A stretch of 64,000 bases of DNA from Tubulanus polymorphus (lineage: Eukaryota > Animalia > Nemertea), in contig NC_134030.1 in NCBI RefSeq assembly GCF_964204645.1, positions 12,917,947 through 12,981,946 of the forward strand, given 5' to 3'. The notes beneath the pieces were generated by a model. The model made no database searches. It saw only the letters and a program-made list of their open reading frames with translations, and was not told the origin of the DNA. Every line of letters begins with the position of its first letter. Position 1 is the first letter of the stretch. Shown here piece after piece: positions 49,141 to 62,175 of the stretch. A program made the translations under genes and the position numbers.

Positions 49141-52100
49141 CATGTGTGAGAATTGCACTGGAAGTCACCATGTACTGTTGCAGAGAAAAACGAGAAAGAG
49201 AATACACTGCCAATGACAAGCCACCTGGAGAAGGTTTGATTGAAAAACCAGCTCAGTTCGTGAAGGTCAACAAGAGTCCCAAGCAAGTTCTTCTGCAGAG
49301 TGGTATGTGCAAGGTTGAGAGTAAAACATGCCGTGGCATCGGCAAGAATACTGTTTGACACCGGTGGTGGTGTTAATTTCATTAGTAAGAAATTGGCCAA
49401 ACAACTTCAACTGATGGGCCCTAGTGTAGACCAGAAAGAAACTTTCCATGATGGGTTTCTGTGTAATTGTTGTTTTCGCTGTCAAAAAAGGCGATTCTCG
49501 ATATAAATAGTAATGGGTTTTCCCCGCGGGATACCCGCTTTGGGAAAGGCACCTGAATCGATGCTACGAGTTCGAATCCCAATATTTAGACGTAATTTAT
49601 TATTCTTTGAAATAAATTCTTAGAATTTCTATTTATGATAGGATGTGCAGGTTTTGATTTGGTAATGATGTTAATAAAAGTTAACCTCTTAAGGTATTGT
49701 TTTCTATCTATTATTTGTGACGGATTAGTTTCGATGCTCCTCACAACCCGCCCCACCACGTGTCACTTATTCACGGACGCGCGGATTGTATCATTTGTAA
49801 TAGGTCTACCACATGAAAGAGTCCATGGCCTACCATAGAATAGTAGGGCCTACCGATCACGCTATGTGCGATGAAAGTAGTGTTTGAATAAAACAAATTT
49901 TTAATGAAATAAACATTATTTATCATAATTAATCAATAGATCAGGTGCCGCCTAAATAATTGTTTGTTTCGTGAAATTTGTACAAAACTTTGCGACTTCG
50001 TCATGTCTTGTGACCCTGAAAATACTAGAAGAATCATCGGTAAGCTTATAAAACGGCGAGGTCAACATAGTAACAACAACTTCGGGGATTGAAAAAAAAA
50101 ACTCATAAGAATTATTTTTTATACTGATGAGTTATACTGATGGGGAGTAGTGACCGTCATTGACACCGGTTATTTATCCATTCACTATCAAATGTGACGC
50201 GCCCAATAAATGATTGCGCATAGATTCGGCCTCTCAGCATTTAGCACAGCAGTTCCGAGAAGTGTTAAGACCGATCAGTGCGCGCGCTATCTAAAACCGG
50301 TGCTAGTACGATCAATATCTACAGGTATACGTGTTCAGTATTACACAGCGAGTACCAGTATGTTGATCGAGCGTCGTCGTAGCAACGCGCTATACAGCGG
50401 CTTGAACTAGCGAGTAACGTTAATTATCTTTTAACCAAATTAGAGCACTTATAACCATCGGAATCAAATATAAACCAAGCTGCACCATCTACATCAAGTA
50501 GAGAATACCTGTGTGAGATTACAGAATTGTCGGTCCACAAAAACAGCTTAAATCATGTCATAAAGAAACATCCACAGACGGACAGACAGACAGACATGAC
50601 GACGATGCCATAGATGGGTTCGTCTGACGACGAAACCCATCAAAAATGAATTTCAACTGGCTGGTGGCTCATCGTTAACTGTTATGTGTGAACGTGTGAA
50701 GTTCTGTTTACGCAGTGCTATACCTGGCTGGATTGGTGAAACATTTGAAGTCGAAGCGTAAACCATGACAAAACCAAGTGCAAACTTGCCTAGCTGCAAT
50801 ATTGATGTTTCTTGTTGTAAGGAACTCCATGGTTTTGCAATGGCAGATGTTTATCCTCGGGAAGGTGAAGCTGAAGTCACATTTTGCTCGTGTTGAAGAT
50901 ACACTGAAGATACTAACCGATGAGCAAAAATCATTGATGAACAACACCTTAGTCGCCCAGAAGAGTCACATTAGGTGGCTATTACCTGGCGCATTTCCAA
51001 GGCGACATAATCCATCGGATGTTTTAAAGATTAGTAATTATGTGTCTGTATGTCCAATCAACAAAGAATCATTCACACAATTTTTGGAGTTAGAAGGTTT
51101 GGGTATTAAACCCAATGAAGAAAAGACTCAAGATCGTCAAAGCCGAAAGCCAGTTTTCACATAGCACTATATATACTGATGGTCGATATGAAGCTGGATG
51201 GATCCGTTGGCCAGAGTACAAGGACGTAAAGTTGGTGTCGAACAGATCTTTAGCTGAAAAACGCCTGGATCAACTGAATGTCGATTGATGAAAGAGCCCC
51301 AGTTGCAAGCCATGTACCAGGAACAGAGCAATGACTTGCAGGCGTGGTCATGCAGTAAGGGTTGATGAGTCAACAGAGCCAGACGACAGAACAGTTTTGT
51401 ACCTGCCTCATCACCCGGTAGTGAGACTTGATAAGTCAACCACGAGGGTTCGACCAGTGTTTGATGGTTCGGCGAAAGGACCAGAAGGAATATCACTTAA
51501 CGACACGTTGTTACCTGGCCCGAAACTACAGCCAGGTATCTGTGGAGTAATGATGCAATTCCGAAGCAAATCAGTTACTATTGTCGCAGATATCGAGAAA
51601 ACGTTCCACCAGATAAAAATGAAGCCAATTGATCAAGATTCCCAGCCATTTCTTTGGAGAGATGGATTTATTGAAGAGTCCTGATGTGTACAGGCTGACG
51701 ACAGTGCCCTTTCACCACTATAAAGGTGGTTCGAGATCATGTAGAATCGATGAAAGATCAATATATGGTTGCTTTTGCGGATATTCGAAACAACACATTT
51801 GTAGATGATCTTCTGTCAGAAGCTGACAGTGTTCCTGAAACCGCTGACTTGGCAGTAGATTTGAAAAACCTACTTGCAAGTTGTGGATTTCCACTGAAGA
51901 AATTTATGTCTAATAAACCGGAAGTACTGAGTAAACTGGAAACTGAAGACCTAGCCGGTGGAAAAGAGAAAATGGTCTCAGATGAAGAGATCTACAGCAA
52001 AACACTGGGTACAAGGTACGATCCCAACGAAGTCGTTTTACGGTTCTCTTTTATCGATAAAATGGTGGATCGTACAAATGAAACGAGACGCAGTGATTTG

Positions 52101-53640
52101 AAACAGCTGAATAGAGTATACGACCCTATGGGGGAACTCTCGCCATTCATGGTTGTCGGAAAATTGATATTTCAGAGAGCGTGGACGGTCGTATCGGGGT
52201 GGGATGATCCTCTTCCTGACGACTTAGTAAAAGAATGGTTACATTGGAAAAATGATGTAAAACACTTGGACGAACTCAAAATAAATCGTCATATTCTAGT
52301 AGAGAAGAAAGGCAAGGTGGATTACAGCTTACAGGGTTTTGGTGATAGCAGTGAAAAGGCTTATGGAAGCTGTGTTTACATCCGGTCAGAAAATGAGGTC
52401 GGTGATGTGAAAGTAGCCTTGCTGTGCTCAAAGACACGGGTGAGCCCTCTGAAGGAAAAACGAACTCTACCTGAGTTAGAGTTGATGGCTGCCTTAATAA
52501 CTGCTCGTCGCTTGAAATATGTCCAAAACTGAATTGAAGAATATTGAGTTTTCCACCAGCGTATGTTGGACTGACTCTAAGGTAGCATAAGAGTGGATTA
52601 GTCAACCTTGTCACGGCTGGAAAAGATTTGTTGGAAATAGAGTATAAGAGATACAGAGTTTAGTAGAAAATGTTCGTGCCAGGAAAACTGAATCCGGCTG
52701 ATTTGGCTGATTTGGCTTCTGGATGTACAGCAAGAGAACTTGTTTGTGCAGAACACCGGTGGAACAGTCCAGCGTTTCTCAAACTACCTCCAGAGGAGTG
52801 GCCCAAAAAGAATTATGTAAAACGGCTAAAGTGACAGCTATGAAGAGTGCCAAGAGACCTCTGAGAAGGCAAGTGACGACTGTAATGCTGAAACAGGACA
52901 CATTTCTTGACCAATGCATTGAGAGATTCGAATCTTATCACAAGTTCCTGAGAGTCCTTGCCATCATCAGATGTGTTAAACGTTTAGCTTAGAAATCCCA
53001 GGAGGGGCGGGCTTGTGATGATGACCATCCATTAATCCTGTCGGACAAAAAACTGGAAGAACTCTGGCGGATAAGCTATGTTCAGCAAAAACATATTCCA
53101 GATGAATTCAAGGCCTTACAATCTGGCCGGTCAGTGCTGAACACAAACAAACTTGACGTATCGGCCCCACTCAGCACGGTGGCGCCACCGCGCGGGATTT
53201 AACGGCCGTTTAAAACGGCCGTTTAAAAAAAAATTATACCAATCGCAATTGTAAAATAAAAATGAGATAGAACCTAAGTTAAAATTCTGGCCATTTCTAA
53301 AATGTTATTACTAATTTTTAGTCAGTGCCGAACGTTTAGTTTTCCAACAATAATGAGGGGTGGTAGGTAGTCATGCAATTCAAGTCATCATTTAATACAC
53401 GTTACTTCCGTGTTGTTGAAAATCTCGCGAGTCCTGGACCAAACCCCATTAAACAATGTGATCTGTGTGCTGGCCACAAATGCACACAGATCACACTACA
53501 CTACCCATTACACACTCCAGTACCCACAGCTTTCATATATCCATCCAAATATTTAGAGTGTCTTTCTTCCTGGGTCAATTAGATCCAGTATATGATGAAA
53601 ATTATAAGGTATTGAGAGTTGGTGGTCACTTGAAGAATTT
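49141..53640 (+). mobile_element. Decayed BEL/Pao LTR retrotransposon internal region (gag knuckle, protease, RT, RNase H)
   Basis: CENCTGSHHVLL; ILFDTGG; YLPHHPV..DKSTT.VRPVFDGSA; ADIEK.FHQI; FVDDLL; GFGDSSEKAYG; LPELELMAA; WTDS; NPADL; LRVGG. Interrupted at ~49450-50645 and ~53156-53574. Confidence 0.9.
49450..50645 (-). mobile_element. HINE-like insertion in the BEL protease region
   Basis: GATGGGTTTC / GAAACCCATC inverted ends, (GACA)n tract and terminal hairpin GATGGGTTCGTC..GACGAAACCCATC. Confidence 0.6.
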
Positions 53641-56600
53641 TTTATTTCTTGAAGAATTATTCTGTAAGTCATATAGGACCAAAGATATACATTGTTTACG
53701 GTCAACGTACAAAATTTCGTAGGGTACATATAGGCGCAGCAGGGAAACTATTTTATATTTTGAAAAAACATTTTTCACGATATGAAATAATTTGCCACAG
53801 GCAAATTAGCCTTTCTACTATCCAGAAAAACGTACAATTATACATGTATTCATTTTGATTTTCACTTGCGTGGCTGGTAGTTTTGGTTTAAATATGTCCA
53901 GAAAACTATAAGGGCTCTAGGAAGCATGACACAAAATTAGATATTAGCTGTGTGTAGCAATTCTTTGTATTTAGCATAAAAATCCAGGAAGCCAATTAAA
54001 CAGTTCAAAAATTCTCATCTTAAGCCTGACAGCTCATTTTATTCCTGATGAATGTGGCAATATTTTCCAATAGGTTTAGATTTTGTTCAATGCTCTATCC
54101 AATCATTCCCGCAGTTTCAAACAGCATCTTGAATGCAGATAGGAATAGATGATGAGACAGCACAAATACTCATCAGAAAGTGACAAACCATAATTTATTG
54201 ACTTTTTGAAATTGCCATATAATATATTTTTAGAACAAATAAACATTGAATATTTTATCATGCGGGAGTCCCCTACAATTTTGAGGTCTCTGAAAAATCT
54301 CAAGCTGAAACATTCTGAACTGAATATTCCTGAAAATAGATCAAAATTCAGGTTAAAAAATAGAAAATATCAAAACTTAATTGGCAATTAACCGTTTTTA
54401 AAACGGTAAATTTCCCACTCTAGAAGATCTAAAAACCTTTTGAGTATGTGGAACTTAGTGGACACCTTCCACTCCTTTGCTTACCCAGATACTGTAATGT
54501 ATAGTGCATAAATATACATTATTTTTTTATGGTTTTACGTCAATAAACAGCGATTTTACCAGACCTTGAGTAAGATATATAATTAGATAAGTATCCATCA
54601 ACGAAGTATCTAACGAAATTAAAAGAGGAGCACACTTTCTTTCTTAGGAACAGACAGCGTATGACAGTATTTATAATACGCGCTAGGATAGCGAAGTCGT
54701 GCAGCGCGAGTGTATACACGCAAATACAGAGCATACATACACTTTGTATGTACGTATGTTAGCTTTTGGATTACTTACTAGCTGATTTACGTAGTGCGCG
54801 GATTTTAACGTGTATGCGCTGTTACGCGAAGCATGCCAAAATACCGCAAAAACATCGTCAAACACACAAATTAGCCTATGGCCTATGGCCTAAATGAAAA
54901 AGCGCACACAACTGTGTGGACCAATTAACTGTCATTTCAACAAAACGATGCAAAACATTTGTCGACTGGCCTCTCTCCAAAAACGGCGTTATCACCGCCG
55001 GCTCGGGCTGGCGCCATCGTCTATTACTTTTTCAAAGAAAGAACGTATTTTGTAGTCAAAGCCAAGCTAGGACTATAGAAATTGCCACACTTACTAAGTT
55101 CGAGACGCTAAATTAGATAGCTGACTCCATTATAATCCTCACAAACGAACAAACTCTAAACGAACTAAGCTCCGCACAAATGTCAAATGAATTGCCCACC
55201 ATTTTGTGACTCCCAAAATTACGTCAGAGGTGCCGAAATTCTTGGAAATTCCGAGAATTTCCCGTATTCACGTCGGAAACACAAATATAGGTCAACACAA
55301 GTAACTTGTAGAAAGCGAAGAATTTTCGATGTTTTTCACGTTTTTCTCGAAAAATATTTAATCAGCCGTTCTCAGCTTGCCGGCCTGACCTCCGCGCATC
55401 AATTCTAATTGCTTCACCATAAAAGACAACCCTGTGAGTATTACCACTAAATTTTGTGCCGCGATTTAACATACTATTGGCAGACTGTCAACCAACAGCC
55501 ATAACATAGGTAAACCAAAAATATTAGAATAAAATCAAAGGGTGGCTGAATATTGACTCTTGGAAATCTCTTCCAATGTATGGCTGCGGAAGCTAAAATA
55601 CCAGGTCTAGGTCTGAATATTATATTCAGACCTAGACCTACTTTGCTGCTTAGTGTTTTCAGGTCACAAGAAATTACAATTTATTACAAATTCTATCAAA
55701 CAGGAAACACAGCGCTCATATGCTCTAAAAGGTTCGGACGACCAGACTTCAAAGGTGCAGAGTGAAAACTTTTATTTTTTATAAAAACAGCCGACCCACT
55801 GCCGATGTATGAGCTACGTATGTTTGAAGTGTGAAAACATGCCTTGACGTGTGTTTTTTCAAGAAACTGGCAGTGTTCCAATAAGCTGCCACTCATTCTT
55901 AGTGACTACATTTAAGCTAGTGACGTAAAAGCGCGCATATATTCAATGTATTATTTCATTTTGAACAGAGATGACGCTCTGGACGAAGTTATAATTCTAG
56001 AATTATTCTTGAAATCTAGGATAAATACAAATTTCCCGTGCACAACGCAGATTTGTGATATTGTTTCCATGTAAGAAAAGGTGATAAATTTGGTTTTTAA
56101 TGCCCAGAAATTTCACCTACCTACCGACTCATCCTGAAAACTTGAATCGGTTTTACTCGCAAACAGACAATTATTTGGGATGCCCTAAAGCGTATTTTCA
56201 TATCGAACGTGCACGCGCCAGCAAGCAGCGTTACAGTATCACTAGCTATGTAGTAGTGTATATTGTACAAGTGTGTGTAACAGTCTAATGCACTCTGCGC
56301 GCACGTGGAGGCTTTATCTCTGTGTTCTGGCACGTGCTGCCATATAAGTAGAATGAATTATGAATTAGTTTTGTTTTGTTTTGAATTTATTCTTAAATCT
56401 TCCACAGGGACGTGAGTCTGTAATTATAGAGATACTGTAGGAAAATTTAGGTTGGCTTTTTGCCACGTATGACAAGATGGTAGCTTGATGAGTCTGTGTT
56501 TTATGAAGGATCTGTGAAGTTGTAGAATTTTTATTGGGAATTGCTCCCTACTATAAAAATGTGCTGAACTACCAGTTGGTGACTGAAAGATCTGTGGATT

Positions 56601-57036
56601 AACGAATTTGAATCGACCCGGTGACGAACGCTGATGAAGAAATTGGATGAGGCAACCGTCATAGTTGCATAGTTCCACTCCTGCATGAAATGTTGATTCT
56701 TCGTTTGATATCCAAATTCTCGATTCATGTAGATCGCGCTGATTCCACTGGAGTGGATTCCGAAATTTATTCTAAATCGGTTGGACGTCCGTGTCTGCCA
56801 GCGTATCGTGCGTGCGCCTGTGAGTAATTGTGGAATTCGTCCAAAATCGTGAGTGTTGCATAATATTCTCAGTTTATGTCGTATTATGGAAAAAGCGGAT
56901 CAGGTTTTCGCTCAGTAAATTCACAGGATTGAATATATCGTTGCGTGCGGAGGAGACGTCGTGAACGCGCACTCGAAACAAATTGTATTGTTCGCTATCC
57001 AATTATATCATTTTGACTGAACTGTGTTTTATATTA

Positions 57037-58077
57037 CAGTGCTTCATCTAGCATTAAAAAGGGGCAGGGTGCTGATTTCAAATAAGAGTATTTTTGTGCG
57101 TGATTCCATTGGAGCAAGGGCACATAATAACGCACTCATGTCTGTTTTAGGGGCAACCTGCAATGTTCCCTATTGCATAGAATTGAGGTACCCCCTACTC
57201 CGATTGAGGACTAGAAGCTATGTTTAACTCTGATTTTGCCATGAGTGACACACTAGACAACAGTACATCCTTACACCTATGCCTGTCAATGAACAAAAGT
57301 TAATCAATATTGATAGGGCTTTCAAAATGATTTGGAAAACCAGTTTGGAAAACCAGTTGCAGACAAAAAATAGCAGAAAAAGCAATCTCAAAAGCAAATG
57401 ATACAGCGAAAAAGAGCCAGCAATAGTGTATAGGCCTACATGAAATTGCATATTTTCAATCTTAGAAATATCAAATTAATTGATTTAAATTGATAGTGTT
57501 AGTGATTGGCAAGTAACTGTTGATAATTGGTAAGCAGCCAGCTTAAGAACACATTATTGCTATTAGGCTACTCAAACTAATTATCTCTGCGAGTTTTTCA
57601 CCTTGTATATATAAAATTTGTCTAATAGTCTAGATAAAAAGATCCAGAGCATCACGATGTGTTCAAAACGAAACAATCCATCATATATACACCACCAGGT
57701 TTACAGCGGCAGTCCCTAGAATGATTGGCAGTAGTTTGGAAGTCAGCCAATTTCCTGGAAACTAAAACTAGGCCATGCGTCTGAGGCACGTTTTCACATG
57801 ATGCACACTGACTGCAGTACATTTAAATATAACCATTGATCACATGAGCTACTATCGTTGATATCATACGAGATATTTCATAGCCGTCGCAGGATACTTA
57901 CTAACAGTCGAATGCGACGGCTTATTTTGAAAGCCGACTGACAAGGGCAGGAGGGCGGACCTACAGCAAGTGATGAGGGCACAAGGGCAAGCATGGGACT
58001 CATCTGAAGGGCACAAGGGCAGCTATTTTCGGGGGCGGGGCGGACCGCCCCTCTATTTTTGGCTTGATGAAGCACTG
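57037..58077. mobile_element. Non-autonomous TIR element
   Basis: CAGTGCTTCATC / GATGAAGCACTG termini with TATTA on both sides. Confidence 0.75.
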
Positions 58078-59130
58078 TATTATGATCTTATGTCTGTTGT
58101 CTCCACATTGTGTTGCCACATTATTCAAGAATAGTCGCTATTAAATTGAGTAGCTTTGGTTAAAATGACTATTTTGTTAATTTTGTCGGGCATTTGAATC
58201 AAGTGCTGAGGATCTGATCTGTGGTGATTTGTCCCGAATAAAAAACCCCCGTCGTTTTAGTCACGGCAACTTATATATAACTTCCTATAAACTTACTGTC
58301 AGTTAAGCTGGCTTCACCTAATTCAATCTGTCTGTGAGTCTTAATTACATCAAATGGTAGAGTTAAAACTGCAGCCACCTGAAAAATACCAAATAATTCC
58401 ATGAATATAACCCATCACATATTTATAAGCCTAAAGAAAAATCTACCGGACTTGCTTGGCTGTGGAAGCAGGGTGAAACATGTTGGCGCTTGTTTAATTT
58501 CAGCTACACCTATACATGTATTTTCTATCAGTGTTGTCATAATGCGGAATCACGTAATCGCAGAATTTTCGAAAAATATTTCATCATTTTGGCTATAAAT
58601 AGTTACCTGGTTTTCCTGCGGGGATACCCACTCAACAAATTAATAATACATGTACTTCCCAACGAAAAAAAATGGAGAACCTAGGTAATTAATCTCTTAA
58701 CATTGACTACTGACTCCAGAGTGACTTGTGTATCGGGCCTATACCCAAGGCGATGCGTCGGATGACACCACTTCTACTGTTCTGTGTACATGTATTATAC
58801 GACTTAAAAGCATTTTATAAATCTAATAAATGCTGCATGTTTAAAAGGATAAAAAAACAATGGTTTATTTAGACTACAAGGTTTCACTGGCCGAAGAATA
58901 GAGAAATATCCCAAAATAATCAATGTCAGACGAAAATAAATAGACTATGCAATTTTCATTCTGGCTTCGGATTTTCACACGTGTCATTGCGATTCATGCA
59001 AGTGTGGTGTATCTAGTAAAGATAACAAAAGTTGCATGTATAATGATCATAAAATGTTATCTTTTTTAAACTTTCTTCTTTGTGAAGAGAGCTTATACAT
59101 GGTTGCTTCTCCATGTTGATTCCTTGGTAA

Positions 59131-61370
59131 AACTAGGGGTCCACGGACACCATGCCCACTTGGAAAGTGGTTTCAAATGCTCAACAATCTAACATTTTCA
59201 ATATTCAATGCCCCCTAGTGAACATATGCAAATACCAATGACCTTGAAACTCACCACAATCATAGAACATGTCAGCAGCTAGGATTTTGTAATTGATTGT
59301 GATAAAAAAATATGCCTCGTTACCAATTTTATAAGGAAATACTTAATTATTCTACTATTCAAGGTCCCCTGGTGGCCATATGCAAAACCCAATGACCTTG
59401 AAACCCACCAAAATCATAGAACATGCTATGAACTACAACTTTGCGATTAATCATGGTTACAAAATATGCCTAGGTACCAATATAATAAGGAAATACTTAG
59501 TTATTTGACTATTCAACACCGCCTAGTGACCATATAGAATAACTAATGACTTTGAAACTCACCATTATCATAGACGATATCATGAGCTACAATTTTGCAA
59601 TTCATTGCGGTAGCAAAATATGCCTCGTTACCAATGTAATATAGAAATACTAAGTTATTGAATTATTCAGCGCCCCCTAGTGGCCATATACAACTAGGGG
59701 TCCAGGGACACCATGCCCACTTGGGAAGTGGTTCCAAATGCTCAACAATCTAACAATTTCAATATTCAACGCCCCCTGGTGACCATATACAAAACCAATG
59801 ACCTTGAAACTCACCAGAATCATAGAACATTTCAGCAACTACGATTTTGTAATTGATTGTGATAACAAAATATGCCTTGTTACCAATTTAATATGGAAAT
59901 ACCAAGTTATTCTACTATTCAACGCCCTCTGATGACCATATTCAAAACCCAATGACCTTGAAACTCACCACAATCATAGAACATGTCACGAACTATAACT
60001 TTGTAATTGATCATGGTAACAAAATATGCCTAGGTACCAATATAATAAGGAAATACTAAGTTATTCTACTATTCAACGCCCCCGGTGACCAGTTATATAG
60101 AATAACTAATGGCCTTAAAACTTGCCACAATCATAGATGATGTCATGAGCTACAACTTTGCAATTGATTGTGGTTACAAAATATGCATTGATACGAATAT
60201 AATATAGAAATACTAAGATATTGTATTATTCAACGCCCCCTGGTGGCCATATACAAAAACCAATGACCTTGAAACTCACCACAATCATTGAACACGTTAT
60301 GAGCTACAAGTTTGTAATTGATTGTGGTGACAAAATATGCTTAGGTATCAATATAATGTGGAAAAACTTTTTCCCACCTACGAATGAGTACTGATGACAC
60401 CAAGATGGCCGCCAATAGCGTCATAATTGGCTGATCAAAAATACCTGTCTCAAGTATAAAACATCCCTTTTCAAAGAATACCCATTCAAAACTTCCCAAA
60501 ATAACTGGATTCCGTCTACGGACGGACGGACGGACGGACGGACGGACGACGGACGAAAAGTGAACGCAATAGCCCGCTGGGACTTAAGTCCCAAGTGGGC
60601 TAAAAACCAATGCCCTTAAAGCTCATCAAAATCATAGAACACGTTATAAGCTACAATTTTCCAATTGATTGTGGTAACTAAATACGCTCAGGTATATATA
60701 TATATAATGTGGAAAAACTTTTTCCCACCTACGAATGAGTACTGATGATACCAAGATGGCCACCAATTGTGTCATAATTGACTAATCAAATATACCTGTC
60801 TGAGATATAAGATATCCCTTTCCAAAGAATACCCATCATATATTGCAATGAGAAATGGCTAACCAGTAGGAGGCTACAGGACTCAGAATTCGGGCCAAAA
60901 TTGACATTTTTGGGCACTGAAAAGGTCATAGGACGGCCATCTTGAATCCGATCGACCAACTTTTTCTTATGCTGATGGTCCCTTGAGGGATTTAAACATA
61001 TTCGAAAGATCGAGGTAATGGATCAAGCGTCTTCAAAACTTCCCTCGATAACTTGCAAATGTGTAAAAAGTGCTGATTTTGGCGAAAACAATGGCTGCCA
61101 GTCGGTCATCTTGACCCAGTTCCACAGCTGTGAGTTAGAGTTAACTCTTGAGTTAAAGTTAGTTCATTTTCAATTAGTTAAAACAAGAGTCAAATCTTAA
61201 CTCGGAACTGTGGAACTGGACCCTTGATATTAACAGAGCCAGTTTTTGGGCTGAAGATGTGTCTAGGGTAGATACATGTGTAACCCAAATACAGACATTA
61301 CATTGAAGCGTCTTTAAAACTACGAAAAATAACTGGATTCTGTTTACGGACGGATGGTCGAAAGTGAACA
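59131..61370 (-). mobile_element. HINE-like element with a second copy (59692-60605) nested inside it
   Basis: Two AACTAGGGGTCCA starts; the inner copy ends (GGAC)n...GTGGGCTAAAAA and the outer array then resumes mid-unit. Confidence 0.82.
61112..61223. mobile_element. Small MITE inside the HINE-like element
   Basis: CCAGTTCCACAG / CTGTGGAACTGG inverted ends; the segment is absent from the other family copies. Confidence 0.65.
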
Positions 61371-61419
61371 GCAGAATACACATAACCATACATATAGGCC
61401 TAACTTAGGAAATTTATGA

Positions 61420-62175
61420 TAACGAATTTATGTAAAATATCACAAACAATGCGATTGTATGAATTGACACGATCGCAAAGAATAGCATAACTTTTGCACG
61501 TCTGTGATTGTAAAAATATCACAAAAAATGGCACAACGTATCCGAATCTACACTGTGACGAAAAATCAGTTTCTCCAAAAACATATTCCGATATCAAAAT
61601 ATAGCGTTTTGGTATACATTCTGGGATCATTTCCAAAACTTTTAAAAATACCTTGATGTTTAAATGCTGATTGTTTAATAATGGCAAACAGTTCGTTGCT
61701 ATGTGTAAATAGAATCGCAGATGCGCAAAAATAATGCGATTCTTTGCGATCGTGTCGATTCATACAATCGCATTGTTGGTGATATTTTACATAGAATCAC
61801 AGACGCGCAAAAAATATGCGATTGTACTATCAGAAATAATCGCAAATTCTTTTGAATCGCATACTATCCTTTTGCAATCGTATGCGATCCTATGAATCGC
61901 ACTTTACGTTAGTGAAAATCAATTCATATAATCATAAATCGTAGAATCGCAAATTCTTTAGAATCGCAATCGTAGCAAAAGTATGAATCGCACTTTACAT
62001 TAGTGATATTCAATTGATAGAATCGCGAATGTAGAATCGCAAATTCTTTAGAATGACATGCTATCCTTTGGCGATGGATTCAATAGCATTGTTGGTGATA
62101 CTATACATAGATTCGCAGACGCCCAAAAAATAATGCGATTGTACTATTCAGAAATAAACGCAAATTCTTTAGAAT
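61420..62175. repeat. Degenerate GAATCGCA/TGCGAT-rich repeat region
   Basis: Many GAATCGCA motifs plus internal direct and inverted duplications. Confidence 0.6.

Noticed and set aside
59131-60700. CRISPR-like array
   Set aside because: The units are wholly homologous ~140-bp tandem monomers with no unique spacers, the context is eukaryotic, and there are no cas genes.
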